DNA of 64,000 nucleotides from Gammaproteobacteria bacterium (GTDB lineage Bacteria; Pseudomonadota; Gammaproteobacteria; JBCCGL01): NCBI GenBank assembly GCA_965277715.1, contig OZ255836.1, positions 3,104,001 to 3,168,000 of the forward strand, read 5' to 3'. Shown piece by piece: positions 58,563 to 64,000 of this stretch (position 1 is its first letter; each line of letters starts with the position of its first letter). The notes under the pieces were generated by a model. It saw only the letters and a program-made list of their open reading frames with translations, ran no database searches and was not told where the DNA came from. The position numbers and the translations under genes were made by a program.

Positions 58563-59801
58563 ATGAACCAATCGATCGACATTATCAGTCTCGGCACCGA
58601 TTTGCAGGTGCCGACCAGCGCATATGCTGCGCTACAGCGTGCTGAGCTGGTTATCGGTGCACCGCGTCACCTGGCGGCAGTGGATTGTGGCAGTGCCAAA
58701 ACGGTCGCTTACCCGTCGCCGATAGACGATTTATTTGATGTCATTGCCCACACCGAGGCGACATACATTGCTGTACTGGCCTCGGGTGATGCGTTATTTT
58801 TTGGTATCGGCAGTTGGCTGTTGCGCCACTATGATCCCGCTACACTGCACTTTCATGCCAACACCACCAGCGTACAGGCCGCCTGTGCGCGGCTGGGTAA
58901 ACCCTGGCAGGGTGTGCACTTCCTCAGCTTGCATGGTCGCCCTATCAGTCGTTTGCGTGCCGTATTGGCCGCCGGTAAATCACTGGCGGTGTTGACCGAC
59001 ACACACAATACACCGGGGGCCGTTGCGCGTGAGCTGGTAGCCTGTGGCTACCCGGTATCTGATGTGCACGTATGTGAATCGTTGGGTACGAAAGCAGAGC
59101 GGGTACGCACATTTTCCGCTGATGAACTTGGCCAGGATCGTGGCCAGGATGGGCAGGCATTCCACCCGTTGAATCTATTACTTATCGACGTGTGTGGCGC
59201 GGGAGGTGTACTGCCGGTATTCCCCGGTATCAGCGATGCACTGTTCGCCGCCAACGGTGACACCCAATTTACCAAGCGTGAAGTGCGTCTTGCTGCACTC
59301 AGCCGGTTAGCACTGGCGTCGGGTGAAACCGGCTGGGATATCGGTGCGGGCAGTGGTGGCATTGCCATTGAATGGGCGCGCTGGGCACCACAGGCGCAGG
59401 TGTTCGCGCTGGAGCGGGATACGGCGCGCTGCCGCTGTTTTGAAAACAACCAGGCGCGTTTTGGTGACCACGGTAACCTGTCGCTCACCCACGGCGAAGC
59501 GCCTGGTGCACTCACCACCCTGCCAGACCCGGATGCCATATACCTCGGTGGCAGTGGTGGCCAGCTCGCCACCCTGCTGCACTATAGCTGGCAGCGTCTG
59601 CGCCCTGGTGGGCGGCTGGTGGTTGCGGCGGTTACCCTGGAGGCCCGTGCTGAATTACACCGCTGGGATTGGCCCGCTCCGGTCGATTTTAGCGAGATTG
59701 CCGTCAGCCATGCCGCCCCACTGGGTCGCCAAACCACCCTGCGTGCCCAGCTACCTGTATTATTAGCCAGCACAGTAAAACCCCTGGTTGACCCTTTATG
59801 A
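58563..59801 (+). CDS. cobL: Precorrin-6Y C5,15-methyltransferase (CbiE-CbiT fusion)
   Basis: VLASGD..FFGIG, SLHGR, TKREVR, WDIGAGSG. Confidence 0.93.
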   Translation: MNQSIDIISLGTDLQVPTSAYAALQRAELVIGAPRHLAAVDCGSAKTVAYPSPIDDLFDVIAHTEATYIAVLASGDALFFGIGSWLLRHYDPATLHFHANTTSVQAACARLGKPWQGVHFLSLHGRPISRLRAVLAAGKSLAVLTDTHNTPGAVARELVACGYPVSDVHVCESLGTKAERVRTFSADELGQDRGQDGQAFHPLNLLLIDVCGAGGVLPVFPGISDALFAANGDTQFTKREVRLAALSRLALASGETGWDIGAGSGGIAIEWARWAPQAQVFALERDTARCRCFENNQARFGDHGNLSLTHGEAPGALTTLPDPDAIYLGGSGGQLATLLHYSWQRLRPGGRLVVAAVTLEARAELHRWDWPAPVDFSEIAVSHAAPLGRQTTLRAQLPVLLASTVKPLVDPL

Positions 59802-60508
59802 ATAGATCTAGCCCCGGTATTTTCTACGGCATCGGTGTCGGTCCTGGTGATCCGGAATTGTTAACGCTAAAAGCTGTGCGCCTGATCGATGCAGCCGATT
59901 TAGTGGTTTACCCCTCGACCTTTGAAAAAGAATCCACCGCACGGGCCATTGCCGCCACACATATTCGCCCGGAACAGCGTGAACTGGCAATCTGCCTGCC
60001 GATGCAACAAGCTGACCGCGACAGCACAGAGGCCATCTACCGCGAATCGGCGGAGACTATCGCCAGCGCTTTAAACCGGGGTGCCAACGCCGTATTTTTA
60101 TGCCTCGGTGATCCGCTGCTATACGGCTCATTTGTTTACCTATACGATATTTTGAAAGCGATACATATTTGTGAGGTCGTGCCCGGCATCACCTCAGTGA
60201 GTGCCGCCAGCGCCGCCAGCCTTAGCCCGTTAACGCGGCTCAACCAGACTCTGCTGATACTGCCCGCCTTTACCAGTGATGCGGCCTTGAGTGATGCACT
60301 CCAGCAACACGACAGCGTGGTCATTATGAAAGTGGGGCGCCAGCGGCACCGCATAGCGGGCCTGATCACGGCGGCAGGGCGGTGCACAGATGCCGTCTAC
60401 ATTGAGCACGCCACCATGCAGGATCAGTGTATTGTCCCGGATATAAGTGCTTTACCCGCTGGGCCAGGCTCGTACTTTTCGCTGTTTCTCGTCACCAGAA
60501 ATCCATGA
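59798..60508 (+). CDS. cobI: Precorrin-2 C20-methyltransferase
   Basis: GIGVGPGDPELLTLKA, LGDP..YGSF, VVPGITS. Confidence 0.93.
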   Translation: MNRSSPGIFYGIGVGPGDPELLTLKAVRLIDAADLVVYPSTFEKESTARAIAATHIRPEQRELAICLPMQQADRDSTEAIYRESAETIASALNRGANAVFLCLGDPLLYGSFVYLYDILKAIHICEVVPGITSVSAASAASLSPLTRLNQTLLILPAFTSDAALSDALQQHDSVVIMKVGRQRHRIAGLITAAGRCTDAVYIEHATMQDQCIVPDISALPAGPGSYFSLFLVTRNP

Positions 60509-61290
60509 ACGATACGCTGATCACGCTGGTTAGTCTCACCGAGACGGGTTGTCGACTTGGCGAGCGCCTGGCCAGTGCGATCAGCGCTGAGCACCTGCAC
60601 AAGCCCCAGCCCTTCGCCGATACCGTGCGCAGTCGCTACCAGGCGGGTCAGCGTTTGGTTTTTATTACGGCCACTGGCATTGCTGTGCGCACACTGGCGC
60701 CCGTGTTGCAAAATAAAATATCAGACCCACCCGTTCTGGTGCTCGATGAGCACGGCCAGTTTGTTATCCCGCTCCTGTCTGGCCACGAAGGGGGGGCTAA
60801 TGAGTGGGCGCGGCATGTCGCCGGGTTGCTTGGTGCGCAATGTGTTATCACCTCTGCGCAACGCTATACACACCCGCTGTATGTCGCGGGTATTGGTTGT
60901 GATCGCGGCTGTCCGGTAGAGGAAATCGCAGCCCTTGTCGATGACACGCTGCATAATCACCCGGCCAGCCCCGGTATTGAGGCGATAAGCCTGGCGGCCA
61001 GTATTGATATAAAGATTGACGAGGTCGGCCTGTGTGATTGGGCGGCCCGCTGCGCTGAACCTGCCCGTTTTTACTCCGCCGACTATCTCCTCAATTACAC
61101 GGAGCGACTCAGCGAAACATCACAATATGTTTTCGACGCTGTCGGTTGTTACGGTGTTGCTGAAGCGGCGGCACTGGCTGGGGCCGAGGCTTTATCGGGT
61201 GGTGCGGCAGAACTGATTATCCACAAACATAAAAGCGCCCGAGCCACGTTTGCGCTGGCACGCGCCTACCGTCCATCGGAACCCGACTAA
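60505..61290 (+). CDS. cbiG: Cobalamin biosynthesis protein CbiG
   Basis: GIAVR, DPPVLVLDE, LLSGHEGGAN, GIGC.RG, GVAEAAAL. Confidence 0.92.
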   Translation: MNDTLITLVSLTETGCRLGERLASAISAEHLHKPQPFADTVRSRYQAGQRLVFITATGIAVRTLAPVLQNKISDPPVLVLDEHGQFVIPLLSGHEGGANEWARHVAGLLGAQCVITSAQRYTHPLYVAGIGCDRGCPVEEIAALVDDTLHNHPASPGIEAISLAASIDIKIDEVGLCDWAARCAEPARFYSADYLLNYTERLSETSQYVFDAVGCYGVAEAAALAGAEALSGGAAELIIHKHKSARATFALARAYRPSEPD

Positions 61291-62039
61291 TGCACAAACT
61301 CTTTATTATTGGCACCGGCCCCGGCACCCCGGAACTGCTTGTGCCCGCTGCAAAAACCGCGTTGCAACACTGCACTGATCTGGTCGCCTATTCATTGTAC
61401 CTGGAACTGCTAGGCCCACTTATCGCGGGTAAAACCTGCCATGACAGCCCATTGGGTGAAGAAGTGGCGCGGGCGCGGTTATCTCTGGAAATCGCCGCCA
61501 GTGGAAATACCACGGCGCTCGTTTCCAGCGGGGATGCGGGTATCTATGCTATGGCTACCGTTGTCTTTGAACTGCTGGCGTCCGATAGTGAAAAGCGCTG
61601 GTCGATGGTGGATGTTGAAGTTATTCCCGGTATTTCGGCTATGCAGCTCGCCGCCGCCCGTGTGGGTGCGCCGCTGGGGCATGACTTTTGTACTATCTCT
61701 CTGTCTGATCTTCTGACTCCCTGGGGGGTGATTGAAAAACGCCTGCACGCGGCGGCGGCAGGGGATTTTGTTGTGTCGTTTTATAATCCGGTTTCGCGGC
61801 GGCGTAGCTGGCAGCTGAATGCAGCGCGGGATATATTGCTGGCACAGCGTGGTGGGGATACACCGGTTGTTGTGGCGCGCAATTTGGGCCGGGAGACGGA
61901 GGCGATTGGGGTTATTACTTTGGCGCAGTTGGACGCCAAAGATGTCGATATGCTGACGTTGGTGATGGTGGGGAATAGTGAAACGCGTTATGCGGGGGGG
62001 TGGGTTTATACGCCTCGGGGGTATGCAGGGAAGAGTTAG
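61290..62039 (+). CDS. cobJ: Precorrin-3B C17-methyltransferase
   Basis: SSGDAGIYAMA, HDFCTISLSDLLTPW, YNP.S, TPRGY. Confidence 0.95.
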   Translation: MHKLFIIGTGPGTPELLVPAAKTALQHCTDLVAYSLYLELLGPLIAGKTCHDSPLGEEVARARLSLEIAASGNTTALVSSGDAGIYAMATVVFELLASDSEKRWSMVDVEVIPGISAMQLAAARVGAPLGHDFCTISLSDLLTPWGVIEKRLHAAAAGDFVVSFYNPVSRRRSWQLNAARDILLAQRGGDTPVVVARNLGRETEAIGVITLAQLDAKDVDMLTLVMVGNSETRYAGGWVYTPRGYAGKS

Positions 62040-62410
62040 AGGTGAATGTGGAGTTTCGCTCGCGGTGTTTTGGTGGTTTTCTTTGCGCTTTGCAGAGCGA
62101 GCGAGTTACTTTAAGGTAATCCAACATTCTCCACGATAGCAAAAGTAACAAAAGCTTTAGGCTTTAAGTTATCTGTTCAATTATCAACATGAAACAAATT
62201 TTCTAACAAAGTGTTGCACTGGATAAACCGGTGAACACGGCGTTATAGGGCCTGAGTTCGCTGGAAACCCCAGAGTATGCCGAAATACTAGAGGTTTTCA
62301 GATGATTCGAGTCGATGCCCTTTATGATTCGGTTGTTTTTAATGGCAATACAGTAGGTTATAGGTGTTCAGGTGGGTAGCGTTGGGGCACTAATGACTGC
62401 CTGTTATTGA

Positions 62411-63982
62411 TTAATGCCTGAAGTGGCGCATACCCGTAAATACCATTGCCATGTTGTGTTCGTTAGCGGCGGCGATGACTTCGTTATCTCGCATTGACCC
62501 GCCGGGTTGAATGACGGCTTTAATGCCCACTTCGGCGGCGCTGTCGATGCCGTCGCGAAACGGGAAGAATGCATCGGATGCCATGACGGATCCTTCGACT
62601 GTCAGGTTTTCATCGGCTGCTTTGATGGCGGCGATACGCGCCGAGTAAACCCGGCTCATTTGCCCGGCACCGACGCCGATGGTTTGTAGGTCGCGGCAGT
62701 AGACGATGGCGTTGGATTTGACGAATTTGGCGACGCGCCAGGCAAATAATAGATCAGATAGTTCGGCTGCCTCTGGCTGGCGTTCACTGACTACGCGCAG
62801 TTTGTCCGCTTCAATGGTGCCGATGTCACGATCCTGTATTAATAATCCACCGTTGATACGTTTGAAGTCGAGCGCTGGCTGAGGGGGCTGCCATTGGCCA
62901 CAGTCGAGCACGCGTATGTTGTCTTTGTCGGCCAGGACGGTTTGCGCCTGGGGGGAAATGCCTGGCGCGATGATGACTTCGACAAACTGCTGCGTGACGA
63001 TCGCAGCGGCGGTGTCGGCATCCAGTGGGCGGTTAAAGGCGATGATGCCACCAAAGGCGGAGGTTGGATCGGTTTGGAATGCACGCTGGTAGGCGTCTGC
63101 CAAGGTGCCAGCCACTGCGACACCGCAGGGGTTGGCGTGTTTGACGATGACGCACGCCATCTGTTCAAATTGCTTGACGCACTCAAGTGCCGCATCGGTG
63201 TCGGCGACGTTGTTGTATGAAAGGGCTTTTCCTTGAATTTGCCGGGCGCTGGAAACACAGGCTTCGCCTACATTTTTTTCACGGTAGAAGGCGGCGTGTT
63301 GGTGTGGGTTTTCGCCGTAGCGCATGTCTTGCAGTTTATCGAATTGCATGCTCAGTGTGCGCGGAAAGTGCTCATGCTGACCCTCATCGCTGATCGCACC
63401 GAGATGGTTGGCGATCATGCCGTCATAGTGGGCGGTGTGCTCAAAGGCTTTTACCGCTAGAGTAAAGCGCAGTGTCAGTGGCAACCCCTGCGGCTGTTTC
63501 AGGCCGGTTAATACTGTGTGGTAATCCGCAGGGGAGGTCACCACGGTGACATCGCGGTGGTTTTTTGCCGCTGCCCGCAGCATACCAGGGCCGCCAATGT
63601 CGATATTTTCTATGGCATCTTCCAGTGTGCAGTCAACGCGGGCCACGGTGTCGGCAAAGGGGTACAGGTTGACCACGACCATATCGATGGGGGCGATGCC
63701 GTGCTTTTGCATTACGGCATCATCGACGCCGCGCCGACCCAAAATGCCACCGTGGATTTTCGGGTGCAGGGTTTTAACGCGGCCACTCATCATCTCAGGA
63801 AAGCCGGTATAGTCGGCGACTTCGGTGACGGCGATACCGTTCGCTGCCAGTAAGCTGGCGGTGCCGCCGGTGGAGAGGATATCAATGCCCAGTGTTGCCA
63901 GCTCGCGGGCAAATTCAACAATCCCGGATTTGTCAGATACGCTGATCAGCGCACGGTTAACCTGCACAGGTGAATCACTCAT
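62411..63982 (-). CDS. purH: Bifunctional AICAR transformylase/IMP cyclohydrolase
   Basis: [39 protein letters not shown]. Confidence 0.98.
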   Translation of the reverse strand: MSDSPVQVNRALISVSDKSGIVEFARELATLGIDILSTGGTASLLAANGIAVTEVADYTGFPEMMSGRVKTLHPKIHGGILGRRGVDDAVMQKHGIAPIDMVVVNLYPFADTVARVDCTLEDAIENIDIGGPGMLRAAAKNHRDVTVVTSPADYHTVLTGLKQPQGLPLTLRFTLAVKAFEHTAHYDGMIANHLGAISDEGQHEHFPRTLSMQFDKLQDMRYGENPHQHAAFYREKNVGEACVSSARQIQGKALSYNNVADTDAALECVKQFEQMACVIVKHANPCGVAVAGTLADAYQRAFQTDPTSAFGGIIAFNRPLDADTAAAIVTQQFVEVIIAPGISPQAQTVLADKDNIRVLDCGQWQPPQPALDFKRINGGLLIQDRDIGTIEADKLRVVSERQPEAAELSDLLFAWRVAKFVKSNAIVYCRDLQTIGVGAGQMSRVYSARIAAIKAADENLTVEGSVMASDAFFPFRDGIDSAAEVGIKAVIQPGGSMRDNEVIAAANEHNMAMVFTGMRHFRH

Positions 63983-64000
63983 AAGTGCTCATATCCCCAA

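Overview
Gammaproteobacterial chromosome segment spanning the probable replication origin. The right half (about 32-64 kb) is mostly core genome: leuA, an aldehyde dehydrogenase, mnmE-yidC-yidD-rnpA-rpmH, dnaA-[oriC]-dnaN-recF-gyrB, prlC, ubiD, a type IV minor pilin operon (fimT-pilVWXY1E), part of a cobalamin operon and purH. The left half alternates core genes (ABC-F, pnt, hemH, tRNA-Pro, lemA/TPM) with three AT-rich, IS-scarred accessory islands. (1) 1-8.8 kb: an Rhs polymorphic-toxin locus with two different C-terminal toxin/immunity cassettes, a RAYT transposase and nested IS4/ISL3 elements. (2) About 11.8-19.9 kb: a di-haem peroxidase plus an output-less DAHL receptor, and the remains of a trans-AT polyketide cluster (AT, TE fragment, PPTase, GyrI-like) whose core appears to have been lost at an IS. 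(3) About 27-32 kb: an Rpn nuclease and many transposase and haemagglutinin relics around an intact two-gene operon of paralogous unknown proteins with actinoporin-like architecture, which is my best candidate for an undescribed system. Other oddities are a PntA-HhH fusion, a 278-bp three-way-junction element upstream of pntA, and an apparent oriented target consensus for the IS4 element. All calls come from reading the sequence by eye; no searches were run.
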